DNA of 64,000 nt from an uncultured Candidatus Binatia bacterium (GCA_965214605.1 OZ243961.1:4064001-4128000), one strand, 5' to 3'; positions 30,752 to 41,142 are shown, counted from the stretch's first letter. Translations and numbers: made by a program. Notes: generated from the letters alone by a model not told the origin.

Positions 30752-31903
30752 TTGGGCCAAGCTTTGAGCGATCGGGACCAGCAAAGGGTGCGGGTGGTTC
30801 CAGTTCGGCGACGCTCAGCGCACCGCTCTTTTCTGAATCTTCCCCACCGTCTATATCGCCATGAGCCGGCCTGGGTTCCTCCCTTACTGCTTGATCTCAA
30901 GGAGCTGCTGAACCCTGACAAACACCCCTTCCATCAACACGCTGAGGTCGAGTATTTTCTCGCTCTGCGGGCCAAAGAAGCGGTCGGCCGTATCGCCGCT
31001 ATTGTGAACCACCAATACGTCTCGTTCCATAAGCGGCCAGTTGGCTTTTTTGGGTTCTTCGAGAGTGTGCACGATCCGGCCGTTGCTTCAGCTTTGCTGC
31101 GCGTTGCCGAGGGCTGGATCGCCGAACGGGGGATGACCCATATCCACGGTCCGATGAATTTCTCGACCAATGAGATGTGCGGGCTGCTCGTTGACGGCTT
31201 TGAACACCCACCGATGCTGATGATGCCCTACAATCCGGGGTACTACGCGGGGCTGATTGAAGCCGCTGGCTATCACAAGGCAAAAGACTTGCTCGCCTAT
31301 CTGATCGATGTCCGTACCGATGCCACTCCGCCCGCTCGTTTGGTGCGTGGGGTTGAGCGTTTACAAAGGGCGCAGCAGGTGACTATTCGTTCGCTTGATC
31401 CGCGACGTTTTGAGACCGAGATCGTCCACCTGTTTACCCTCTACCAACAGGCGTGGCAACATAACTGGGGCTTTGTCCCGGTCACCCAAGCCGAGCTCGA
31501 GCATTTTGTTAAACAGATGCGTCGGATTGCCGATCCGCGGCTGTGTTTAATTGCTGAGCTTGAGGGTCAGCCGGTTGGTTTTGCCCTGGCCCTGCCGGAT
31601 TATAATCAGGTCTTACGGCGGACGAATGGGCGTCTGTTACCGTTTGGCTGGCTGAAGCTGCTGTGGTATCGACGCTCGGTGAATGCGATTCGGATTTTGC
31701 TGCTAGGCCTCAAGCCGGGTGTCCGCCTCAGGGGTCTGGATGCCATGCTGTATCTCAAATTCTGGGAGGAAGCGCCCAAGAACGGTTATCCGTATGTGGA
31801 ATGCTCATGGATTCTTGAGGATAACTGGCCGATGATCCGTGGCCTGGAACGGATGGGGGCTGAGCGCTATAAGACGTATCGGGTCTACGAAAAGGTCTTG
31901 TGA
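30752..31903 (+). CDS. GNAT-fold N-acyltransferase, bacterial ceramide synthase (bCerS-like)
   Basis: WVPPL, GRIAA, GFFGFFE, MPYNP.YY, NWGFVP, ALPDYN, SWILEDN. Confidence 0.8.
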   Translation: MGQALSDRDQQRVRVVPVRRRSAHRSFLNLPHRLYRHEPAWVPPLLLDLKELLNPDKHPFHQHAEVEYFLALRAKEAVGRIAAIVNHQYVSFHKRPVGFFGFFESVHDPAVASALLRVAEGWIAERGMTHIHGPMNFSTNEMCGLLVDGFEHPPMLMMPYNPGYYAGLIEAAGYHKAKDLLAYLIDVRTDATPPARLVRGVERLQRAQQVTIRSLDPRRFETEIVHLFTLYQQAWQHNWGFVPVTQAELEHFVKQMRRIADPRLCLIAELEGQPVGFALALPDYNQVLRRTNGRLLPFGWLKLLWYRRSVNAIRILLLGLKPGVRLRGLDAMLYLKFWEEAPKNGYPYVECSWILEDNWPMIRGLERMGAERYKTYRVYEKVL

Positions 31904-33041
31904 GTACCTTCGATAAGGGACAAAACAGTATGTTTTGATCTGGGGCTGGCACGGCATTGATATGGATCGCATTATCGACGCTGGTCCGGCCAAAGACAAG
32001 ATTTCTGCTGTACTGGCCTCTCACTTTGTCCCCAGTCGCCGAGGCCGCCTGGTTGCGGACCGGAGATGAGTTGGATCGGTGTGCTCAAGGGGATGCGGCT
32101 AAGGCATATCCCTGCCGGCATTGAGGTGGTCAACAATACTAATGAGACACAGAATTTCATATTTCCATGCTGGCACACGGACTTTCGGCTCGAGCCTGAA
32201 GAAAAAAAGTTGTGGGTGTGTCGATCGTGCTGCATAGGTCGGGCTAGCGGAGCGGAACTCAACATGAGGCTGAAGCGTTTGGCCCGTCAGCTTCACCAGT
32301 GTGACTAGCATGCCTACAATGCTGTCAGCTATGGCCCACAGGTGGCGGGAGGGCCGGGGCCCGATTACTTTGCCGGCAATAGTCTCGCCCCTGGTCTCGC
32401 CGACCGTCGCAATCTCGGCTTCGGCCAGGGCTTCGCCAGCCTCGGGCTTCCCTGAGCGGCTTGGTAGATGTCGAAGTGAGAGGACCACCACGCTTCAAGC
32501 GGCCCGGCCCGTCAATGGCAAGGGTCCGAACCCTTCTTCTCCCCGTCATTCCACTTGTGGAGTAATGATCACGATGGGGATATCTTTAACGCTCGTCATT
32601 TCTAGATGGCGGGTAGCCTGATTCCACGGCCGGGAAAATTTGGGATCTGACACTTGCACTCCTATCAGAAACTCCTTCCCTGCGGTCATTGCATTTGGTC
32701 GTTCCGTTGAAGGTGCTCTCCGCAAACAAGACCTCATCCTAGGCTTTGACGGAGTCCCATCCCCTGTCTCGTTAAAGGCGCTCACAGAGCTGTTGTTCTC
32801 ATCATCACTACACATGCCTGTCTCTCTCTGGGAAAACCCATAGGAGGAGAAAAGAGGGACTCCAGCGTGGAAGCGGACTATAACGTCTCCCTGAGCCTCG
32901 CACTTCCAGCCGTGGATTACCAAAAGATTCCCGACAGTTTGGCTCCGTTGCTCAGGACATCAAGGGCAGACTAGGGCGGAAACCAGAGCCAAGGCCAGGC
33001 CCAACAAGCAAGATACGGTGCAGAAAAGATATGAACGCCTC

Positions 33042-33878
33042 CTACCCGCCTCGACAAGCGGTATGACCAACCGCATAGAGAGCTTGAGGTCTGTACTGAG
33101 CTTGACTGAGAGAGCGAACGATGTGAGAAACTTGGTCTACAAACAGCGAGAAGGTCGAGATCGCAGCGGACGACGGGAGGGTAATCTTAATTCCGATGGT
33201 CTCGCCTTCTATGACAGGGGACCACAGCCGGGCGTCTTGCGCAAAAGACTCGTCCGTCGCAGACAGCTCGTCGGCCTGAGAAGTAAAATCGTGCTGCGTC
33301 AGGGGAGCAAAGCGTTGACTGTGGTCAGCCGGACTAAAGAAGCGCAGCTCTGCTCCGGGATCCAAGCTGGCGTAGACCGCAACCCGCAATGCCGAGGCTC
33401 TGGGCGAGGTCACACTGAGGGCGCTGACCAGCCTCCCATCACTCAGAGTGGTCCACTGCAAACGGGGTCCTAGATCACCCTGATAGGTGGAGGGAATTTT
33501 CCGGCCAAAGCCGATTTGTGGCGGCTGATTCTCCTGCTGCTCTGTCCATGCCGTCCGCTCGGAGTTGGTGACCTCTGGCAAAGTAATGCGGAGGGTAGTT
33601 GGGCTGGAGAGGAGCGGCTGAGTTTGATGAATGTGAGGTGTGTCGTCCACTGTATCGGGTGGACGGAAGGCGCGATCGGCACTAATTTCTTGTGCCTGAC
33701 CTGTTGCTAAAAGACAGAAGAGGAGAACGACAGCGATAAAGAGGGCGGCAGAGGTACAGTCCAGGATCCGCGGGATGCTTTGGAGAAGATGGCTCAGGGA
33801 TCCATTTTTCCTCTTTTGCCCGCTTGGATGCAGTAAAGACGCCAAGGCTGTTCGCTCCTTGTCGCTCAGAGAAGCCAT
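33042..33878 (-). pseudogene. N-terminal fragment of a lysyl-endopeptidase-like secreted protease; catalytic domain missing
   Basis: Signal peptide plus QIGFGR, VTSPRASALRV, LWSPVIEGETI propeptide motifs; stops where the catalytic domain would begin. Confidence 0.55.
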
Positions 33879-34142
33879 AGTCTATCCCTTCTTCCTGATC
33901 TAAGCGCGCAGGGTAGACAAAGCAGCTAATCGATTATGTGTCAAGGTTGATCTGGCAGCCCCCTGCCGACGGATAGGCACCCCCCTAGCTGCCTCCTTCA
34001 CCCGCGCTCAGTGCCAGCGGCTCAATCGAACCAGGAGGGCTCTCCTACCGGCTCATGGTGCGGAAAGTCAAGCCGCCCTTCGACCTTTTTTCCTTGCGCC
34101 CGCAGTCCAAACCACGTACACAAGAGGTTAGGAGGGCTGCCT

Positions 34143-34616
34143 ATGGAGGAATTGGATAGCTATCAGGCTCGTCGAGAAAATCTCAAACAGCGGTATTTGC
34201 CGCACGGGGAAGCCTCGGTCGGCACGGTCCCGACCGCTGGGGTCGATCATCTGGCCTTGATCTGTTCAGACCTAGAAGCCACGATTGAGTTTTACACCAC
34301 AGTGTTGGGCATGCGGCTGACCAAGATTATGGTAAACCGGGATGAGCCAAGCTCGACCCATATCTTCTTGGATATGGGTGGCGGTAATCAGCTAGCCTTT
34401 TTTGACTTTCCGAAGAAGGGGCCAGTCCGGACCACCCGGGGAGTGGGCAGCATGCATCATGTGGCGCTGAAGGCGAGTCCCGAACAGTACCGGAAGATTG
34501 TGGCCGCTTTAAAAGCCAAAGGGGCGGCCTATTCGCTGCATGGCTCCGAACAGTCGGGCTCTGTCTATGTCCGTGATCCCGATCAGATTCTGGTCGAGAT
34601 CACGACCGGATATTAA
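34143..34616 (+). CDS. VOC/glyoxalase family protein
   Basis: DHLAL, FYTTVLGM, HHVAL, SVYVRDPD..LVEI. Confidence 0.9.
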   Translation: MEELDSYQARRENLKQRYLPHGEASVGTVPTAGVDHLALICSDLEATIEFYTTVLGMRLTKIMVNRDEPSSTHIFLDMGGGNQLAFFDFPKKGPVRTTRGVGSMHHVALKASPEQYRKIVAALKAKGAAYSLHGSEQSGSVYVRDPDQILVEITTGY

Positions 34617-34627
34617 CCCATGCCCCA

Positions 34628-35302
34628 CTACGGCTGATTGGCGGCTAGGCTGTTAATAATGTCGACCGGCTCAAGCCGGTGGGTATAATCGGCATCAACG
34701 TAGGCCAATTGGATGACACCGTCCTGGCCTATGATATAGGTGGCTGGGATGGGCAACTCGTACGACGGATCGCCGTTGAAATCCGGCAGCTTGGCCCCGA
34801 TCTGATCGTACAGCGGACGTAGTTCGTCGACTAGGGCAAAAACTAGTCCGAAACTCCGGGCTGTCCGATTGCCGACATCGCTTAAAACCTCAAAGGGGAG
34901 GTCGTTCTTTTCGGCCATGGTCAAAGAGTTGTCCGGCGTCTGGGGAGAGACGGCGAGGACCGAGGCTCCGTAGGCTTGCATTGCGGCGAGGTGTTTCTTG
35001 TAAGCCTGCAACTGCAGGTTACAGTAAGGTCACCAATTGCCCCGGTAAAAAGCGAGGACGACTGGACCTTCACGCAGCAGACTGGATAGGCTGACCTGTT
35101 CGCCACGCACGTTTGGCAGACTGAAATCAGGTGCCGTGTCGCCAACCGTCAGGGCGCGGCTGGCAATGCCGGTTTTGACCAAATCTTCGGTAGTACGCTG
35201 GAGCGTACTCAGAATTTCGGCCGGGATTTTGGGCAGCATCTCTTTCTGAAACGCCTCGATGGCTTGCTTGAGCTCTTGGTTGATTCCAGTTGAGCTATCC
35301 AT
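34628..35302 (-). CDS. AhpC/TSA peroxiredoxin-like selenoprotein (Sec91, UxxC)
   Basis: Two track ORFs are in one frame, joined by TGA at 35030-35032 in FYRGNW-U-PYC (family motif FYRGxWCPYC); SECIS-like hairpin follows. Confidence 0.88.
34999..35023 (-). promoter_or_regulatory. Putative bacterial SECIS element
   Basis: TGTAA-CCTGC-AGTT-GCAGG-C-TTACA hairpin beginning 7 nt after the TGA; GTT at +18..+20. Confidence 0.7.
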
Positions 35303-35573
35303 GGTCTGGCCCTCCTCTGTCGTTTATGAATGAGATGGCGCGCTTATATATCCTGATGACCGCAAAAGCAAGCTGAGCGAGGACGGGCTGTAGGGGCGTT
35401 TCAGCCGCGCGCTGTGTCGAACCGGAAGACGGGCTGGGCCGGGGACTGAGGGAAGGTCTTTTGAAGGAGCGTCTCTTCTTTCCCAGATGCTCATCCTCGT
35501 TCACCTTGGTTGACCAAACGTACCAAGTAGGTATCAATACGGAGGCGGACAATACATACGGAGGAGAGAGGTT

Positions 35574-37298
35574 ATGCAGGACGTTTTGATGCGGTGGATT
35601 TGTCAAGCCAGTCTGGCGGTCGCGCTGCTGGTGGCGCTCAGTGTCGGTGCGGTGGCCGACCAACACGCCGAATCGGATGAGGGTCTGGCGTCGGTGACCA
35701 ATGAGCGACTGCTCAAAGGAACGCTGAATGGGAGCGACTGGCTGATGTACGGCGGCAATTATGAAAGCTGGCGGTTCAGCCCGCTGACCGATATTGACCG
35801 CCACAATGTCAAAAAGCTCCAGGCCGCCTGGGTTTTTCAGACAGGTATTCCGGCCCAGCTCCAAGCCTCTCCGGTAGTGGCGGACGGGGTGCTGTATCTG
35901 ACCGCGGCCTACAACAGTTTGTTTGCCATCGACGCAGTGAGCGGCGAGATGCTGTGGAGATATGATCATCCGCTCCCAAAGGACATGCGGATCTGCTGCG
36001 GTCCGGGCAACCGGGGTCCCGCCATTGCCGGTGATCTGCTCTACATGGGCACCCTAGATGCCCGGGTGCTGGCGCTCAATCGCAAGACTGGCAAAGTGGT
36101 ATGGAATATCGAGGTGGATAATTATCGCAATGGCTTTAGCGTGACCGCCGCTCCGCTGGTGGTCAAAGATAAGATCATTGTCGGCATCGCCGGTGGCGAG
36201 TATGGCGTTCGGGGCTATCTGGACGCCTATGATGCCAAGACAGGTGAGCTGGTATGGCGTCGTTACACCATTCCCAATATGGGCGAGGCGGGGAATGAGA
36301 CTTGGGAGGGCGATTCCTGGAAGCAGGGTGGTGGGCCGACCTGGGTGACCGGATCCTACGATCCAGAAGCCGATTTACTGTATTGGGCAACCGGTAACCC
36401 GGCACCGGACTGGAACGGAGACAACCGTGAGGGCGATAATCTGTACACCAACTGTGTGCTGGCTCTGGACCCGGATACCGGCCAGCTGAAGTGGTATTTC
36501 CAATTCACACCACACGACATCTGGGATTATGACGGCAATACCGGCATGTTTCTCCTTGATGTCCAACGCGGGACAGAAACCGTCAAGGCCCTAGCGCAGC
36601 CGAACCGGAATGGCTTTTTGTACGTTCTTGACCGCCACAGCGGGAAATTTTTGCACGGCGCACGCTACGTTGAGCAGCTGAACTGGGCCAAGGGGCTTAA
36701 TGAAAACGGCCGGCCACAGGTTGACCCCAAATACGTCCCAATGAAGGGTGGTAACCCTGAGCTGATCTGCCCCGGCAATGTTGGAGGCCAGAATGGCTCC
36801 TATGCTGCGGCCTACAGCCCCACAGCACACGCGATCTTTGTGCCGACGATTGAGAGCTGCGGTAAGATGGAAAAAGCTACCGCGATGTTTATCCAGGGCG
36901 TTCCGTTTTGGGGTGGCGGCCCTGGAGAGACGCAGGGCGATCTGGGCACCGCCTATGGCCATGTCTCGGCTATTGATCCGACGAGCGGCCAGGTCAAGTG
37001 GCGCTATAAAGACAAATATCCGATGGTTGGCGGCGCATTGGCGACGGCTGGCGGTCTAGTGTTTACTGGTAATCAACAGGGCTATGCTCTGGCCTTGGAC
37101 GACACGACCGGTGAGCTGCTGTGGAAGTTCCAAACTGGCTCGACGGTACGTGGTCAGCCAATCACGTATAAAATCGGCGGACGCCAATATGTGGCAATCC
37201 CAAGCGGGGCGGGCGGTCTGGTTGTCAGCATTGTTGGCGAGAATCCCAATATCAGCAAGGGGAGCGCGCTGTTGGTGTTTGCCCTGCCCGAGGGCTAG
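35574..37298 (+). CDS. PQQ-dependent alcohol dehydrogenase (type I), candidate lanthanide-binding
   Basis: Signal peptide, vicinal CC, GGEYG, TGNPAP, HDIWDYD, repeated W-docking motifs. Confidence 0.9.
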   Translation: MQDVLMRWICQASLAVALLVALSVGAVADQHAESDEGLASVTNERLLKGTLNGSDWLMYGGNYESWRFSPLTDIDRHNVKKLQAAWVFQTGIPAQLQASPVVADGVLYLTAAYNSLFAIDAVSGEMLWRYDHPLPKDMRICCGPGNRGPAIAGDLLYMGTLDARVLALNRKTGKVVWNIEVDNYRNGFSVTAAPLVVKDKIIVGIAGGEYGVRGYLDAYDAKTGELVWRRYTIPNMGEAGNETWEGDSWKQGGGPTWVTGSYDPEADLLYWATGNPAPDWNGDNREGDNLYTNCVLALDPDTGQLKWYFQFTPHDIWDYDGNTGMFLLDVQRGTETVKALAQPNRNGFLYVLDRHSGKFLHGARYVEQLNWAKGLNENGRPQVDPKYVPMKGGNPELICPGNVGGQNGSYAAAYSPTAHAIFVPTIESCGKMEKATAMFIQGVPFWGGGPGETQGDLGTAYGHVSAIDPTSGQVKWRYKDKYPMVGGALATAGGLVFTGNQQGYALALDDTTGELLWKFQTGSTVRGQPITYKIGGRQYVAIPSGAGGLVVSIVGENPNISKGSALLVFALPEG

Positions 37299-37356
37299 AA
37301 TCCAGGATATCCTCGAAGGATGGGGCGGGCCGCCTTCGGACGGCACCTGCTGCCGA

Positions 37357-38472
37357 TCAGCTCTGGGCGGCGCTCTGCCACGCCCGCCCCATTGCATCTG
37401 CCGCTAAAATCGCGTCTGCAACCATATCAGGGCTGACCTCAAACGGTTCGTTATGGATGGTCTCACCCTCGGCCGTGGCCCGGGCGGCAACCTGGGCGAG
37501 CTGCTCACGCGGCATGTCGGCCCCAAGACCGATCTCGTCCAGCGTGATGGGCAGACCGACCTGGCTGCAGAAGTGCAGAACGGGATCGATCACCGCGCGT
37601 GGCTTGCCTTCCATCACCAGCTGGGTCATCAGGCCGTAGGCCACCTTTTCTCCGTGATAGTACGGGTGGGTCTGAGCGGCTTCGGTCAGGCCGTTGTGTA
37701 CAGCGTGGGCGGCCGCCAGTCCAGACGATTCAAAGCCCAGACCGGACAACAGGGTGTTGGCCTCAACGAGACGTTCCAAGGCTGGATTGACGACATTATT
37801 TTCGACCGCCCGCAGAGCATCCGGTCCGTCTTCGACCAGGATGTTGTAACATAGTTCGGCCAGCTTCTCGGCGCTCCGGGTTGAGGCGCCACCGCGCATA
37901 TTTTGAATATGGCCTGCAACACAGGTCTTGGCTTCAAACCAGGTGGCCAGGGCATCCCCCATACCGGCGACTAGCAGGCGGGGTGGAGCCTGAGCCACCA
38001 CGTGCGTATCAACCAGCACCAGATCGGGATTCTTGCGGTAAAAACGGTATTCCTGAAAGACGCCCTGCTCGGTGTAGATAACCGACAGCGCACTACACGG
38101 TGCGTCGCTTGAGGCAATGGTCGGACAGTTGACCACCGGTAGGTTGAGGTCATCGGCCGCCGCCCGTGCGGCATCCAGCACTTTTCCACCGCCCGCGCCA
38201 ATCACCACCTGACTTTTGTTGTCCCGGGCGCTTTGCTTAATCCGTTCAATCTCGGGATATGAGCACTCGCCACCAAACTGATGTACAGCGTGACGAAGCC
38301 CGGCTTGGCTTAAATGCTGCTGCCAGACTTCGGACAGCAGCCGAATCGCGCTCCTTCCAGCAACAATCAGGGCCGGGCCCGCGAGCCCAATTCGTTGCAT
38401 TTCCGTGCCCAGTTGAGCGGTGGCGTTTTTTCCTTGGACGTAATGGCTTGGCGCCGAAAAGACCGAAAGCAT
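37357..38472 (-). CDS. gldA: Glycerol dehydrogenase (NAD/Zn)
   Basis: GGGKVLD, PTIASSDAPCSALSVIY, GMGDALATWFEA, GLAAAHAVHNG, HGEKVAYG. Confidence 0.9.
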   Translation of the reverse strand: MLSVFSAPSHYVQGKNATAQLGTEMQRIGLAGPALIVAGRSAIRLLSEVWQQHLSQAGLRHAVHQFGGECSYPEIERIKQSARDNKSQVVIGAGGGKVLDAARAAADDLNLPVVNCPTIASSDAPCSALSVIYTEQGVFQEYRFYRKNPDLVLVDTHVVAQAPPRLLVAGMGDALATWFEAKTCVAGHIQNMRGGASTRSAEKLAELCYNILVEDGPDALRAVENNVVNPALERLVEANTLLSGLGFESSGLAAAHAVHNGLTEAAQTHPYYHGEKVAYGLMTQLVMEGKPRAVIDPVLHFCSQVGLPITLDEIGLGADMPREQLAQVAARATAEGETIHNEPFEVSPDMVADAILAADAMGRAWQSAAQS

Positions 38473-38583
38473 AGCCGCCTCCTTGAGGTACGGGTCCTTA
38501 GTATACAGCCAGTCCCGGACAGTATAGACAAAGACTGGTCGGTGCGGCAAGCGAGGAAAAAAGGAAGACGGACTCGAATGCAT

Positions 38584-39438
38584 ATGAGGCAACACCTCTT
38601 ACAACTACAACGCGGCTCGGGGCGGTGGCTGTGGTGTATTGTCTGGCTCGTTGCCACCACGTGCCAGCCCGACCCTCCTGAACTCGGCAGCTATGCCTAT
38701 GGACGGCATGTCGTTGACTGTACGCCGGGAACCCGTCCGGGGCTGGCCGGCGTCCAGGATGACGAACGGTCGGCCAAGGGTATCAGCTATAATGTCCGCA
38801 CCCCGGCCAATTACGACCCACGCGTTGCCCATCCCCTGCTGATGGTCTACGCCCCGGCCGGGGTCAATCGGTTTGGCAGCGAGTCCTTGACCGATCTGAC
38901 CAAAGCGGCCACCCAGGCCGGTTTCATTATCGCCTATGCGAATCGTCGCCGTCTGTCGATCAAGGTCATTGAAGAGCTGGGGACGATTCCTGATCTGATT
39001 GCCGAAAAGTGGTGTGTTGATCCAAGGCGAATTTTTCTGACAGGCCACTCCGACGGAGGAACGGTTGCTGTTGCGCTGGCCGTCTTAGAACAAACGCAGC
39101 ATATCCCGACCGCAATCGCGCCAAGCGCGGCCGGATTCACAGCCCAGGATCTTGCCGCCTTTGCCTGCCCGGCTCCGCTGTCAGTGATGGTGATGCACGG
39201 CGCTGAGGATCGACATTTCCCCGGCTATGGCCAACAGATTGCAGACTGGTGGGCGGTCTGTAACCGCTGTGGGAGACGAGCGAGCCCACGCCGGGCTGAT
39301 GGGTGTCGCAGCTATCCTAACTGCGCCGGTGGTGTGAGGACGGTGTACTGTGAGGGAACAGGCTCCCACCTGGAGTGGCCCGGCTTCAATCCACAGCTCC
39401 TAGCCTTCTTCACTGGACTCAGCCAATATCGCCCATAA
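38584..39438 (+). CDS. PHB-depolymerase/esterase family exported alpha/beta hydrolase
   Basis: GHSDG nucleophile elbow, MHGAED, GSHLEWP; N-terminal leader. Confidence 0.8.
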   Translation: MRQHLLQLQRGSGRWLWCIVWLVATTCQPDPPELGSYAYGRHVVDCTPGTRPGLAGVQDDERSAKGISYNVRTPANYDPRVAHPLLMVYAPAGVNRFGSESLTDLTKAATQAGFIIAYANRRRLSIKVIEELGTIPDLIAEKWCVDPRRIFLTGHSDGGTVAVALAVLEQTQHIPTAIAPSAAGFTAQDLAAFACPAPLSVMVMHGAEDRHFPGYGQQIADWWAVCNRCGRRASPRRADGCRSYPNCAGGVRTVYCEGTGSHLEWPGFNPQLLAFFTGLSQYRP

Positions 39439-39583
39439 CCCGCTAAAATATAAGGATATTTTTTATCTCTGGGCAACGCTTGACATCCAGCCTGGTTTTA
39501 TTCCATATAAGAGGAACTCCGCACGGGTGGGGCCCAACATGGGTGAACTGAGAGCCGACAGTCTCAGTGGCGGATGCAATTAG

Positions 39584-40168
39584 ATGAACTGTACGAGAAA
39601 GACTGGATGGGTCAGGATGGCGTTGGCAACGCTTGGCGCGGCCCTACTGCTGGTTGGAACGCCAGCTGAGGCGCATCGAGACCGTGGACCAAACGACGCG
39701 TGTCGGCGAGAGATTGGAGCTTCGCTTCTGCACATAACGCTGTATCAGACCCAGTTCGATCCGGTTGCCGAGTACTGCGAAGAAGTCCCACGGGCGGGCA
39801 AGGCACTCATGGTTGTCGATGTGACCCCGGGCCAATTACGGGCAGTCCCCCTTGGGCTCGAAATTATCGCCACCAACGAATCGGGTCAGTCGCAGGCCGT
39901 GGTGTCGGTAGCGCCTCGGATTTATGAGCGCGGCGTGATGAATACAGAGGTGGTCTTTGTCAAGGACAAGGAGTATGTTGCCCAGGTGATGGTCGAGCTG
40001 GAAGAGGGCAAAGCGCCACAACTCCTGGCCTTTCCCATTCAGGTCGCGTCGTGGTATAAGGCAATGATGGTGCCGGGGCTGATTGTGGGTGGGGTGCTCA
40101 TCTTTGTGCTCATTTCAGTCTTCCGCTATACAATTGTCTCCCGGCAGCACAGCGAGGCGTTGGCCTAA
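39584..40168 (+). CDS. PmoD/AmoD-like copper-binding membrane-anchored protein
   Basis: Signal AEA|H, D.C......LHITLYQ......YCEEVP..G...VVD pattern, C-terminal TM helix; first gene of the CuMMO operon. Confidence 0.75.
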   Translation: MNCTRKTGWVRMALATLGAALLLVGTPAEAHRDRGPNDACRREIGASLLHITLYQTQFDPVAEYCEEVPRAGKALMVVDVTPGQLRAVPLGLEIIATNESGQSQAVVSVAPRIYERGVMNTEVVFVKDKEYVAQVMVELEEGKAPQLLAFPIQVASWYKAMMVPGLIVGGVLIFVLISVFRYTIVSRQHSEALA

Positions 40169-40216
40169 AAGAGGCATACATTAGGAGAGTGCGTCAACAA
40201 GCACAGGAGGAATACG

Positions 40217-41056
40217 ATGGCTCAGGCACAAGCGATGTCGGTATCAAGGGGATCCGGTGATGGGGCGACGATGAATCCGACCGACTGGTCGGTCGGTTGG
40301 AAACCGCTGTTCTGGGGGTGTGGGTTGGTCATGGGGGCCAACATTTTTCTGTGGTTCTGGAACTACTGGTATATGTTTACGGCCGGGCTGAACTCTGCTA
40401 GCTGGGAGTTCACGCTGTACTACCGTACGCTGTTCTGGGCGGAGTTGATCATTATCGGCGCATTCGCCGGAATCTGGCTGGGTTGGTTGATCCGGACCGG
40501 TCGAGAAATAGAGGGCCAGCCGGTTGCGCGGTCCGAACAGGTCCGGCGGATTGCTATTTTGTGGAGCCTGGTCGGCGTGACCAGCCTGTCGGTTTATCTG
40601 GAGGCCAGCTTCTGGCCAAATTGGGACGGTTCATGGCATCAAACCATGGTACGCGACACCGCGCTCACCCCAACCCACATTCCGATGTTTTATTTCTTTT
40701 TTCCACTGACCGTTGTGTTGGCCGTGGGGACCTATCTGTATGGGCGCTACCGCATTCCGAGTCTGTATGGCCGAGACAAAGGGTTTCCATGGTCGTTTGC
40801 CCTGCTGATTGCGGCGGCAGCGCTGGAATGTATGGCGGTCGCGGCCAACGAATGGGGCCATAGTCTGTGGATCTCCGAGGAGATTTTCTCGGTGCCTTTT
40901 CACTGGCCGTTTGTGATCTACGGCTGGCTGGCCAGCGGGATGTTCGCCGTCTGGGGAGAAACCATCGTCCACCTCTTCGAGATTGAGAAAGCTGAAGAAG
41001 AGGATGAGACTGACTCCCCGTCCCAGCCGGTAGAGCAACCCGTGTCTGCCGACTAA
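40217..41056 (+). CDS. pmoC: Copper membrane monooxygenase subunit C (divergent PmoC/AmoC)
   Basis: DGSWHQTMVRDTALTPTH and NEWGH...EEIF..PFHW motifs; AGGAGG RBS. Confidence 0.92.
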   Translation: MAQAQAMSVSRGSGDGATMNPTDWSVGWKPLFWGCGLVMGANIFLWFWNYWYMFTAGLNSASWEFTLYYRTLFWAELIIIGAFAGIWLGWLIRTGREIEGQPVARSEQVRRIAILWSLVGVTSLSVYLEASFWPNWDGSWHQTMVRDTALTPTHIPMFYFFFPLTVVLAVGTYLYGRYRIPSLYGRDKGFPWSFALLIAAAALECMAVAANEWGHSLWISEEIFSVPFHWPFVIYGWLASGMFAVWGETIVHLFEIEKAEEEDETDSPSQPVEQPVSAD

Positions 41057-41076
41057 TCGCCCCGTTCACCGTAGTT

Positions 41077-41106
41077 CGGTGTGGGATCGGCTGAACTCCC
41101 ACACCG
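41077..41106 (+). promoter_or_regulatory. Stem-loop between pmoC and pmoA
   Basis: cggtgtggga-N10-tcccacaccg perfect 10-bp stem followed by cttt. Confidence 0.6.
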
Positions 41107-41142
41107 CTTTATCTCAAGACCTCGCACAGAGAGGCAGCAGGC

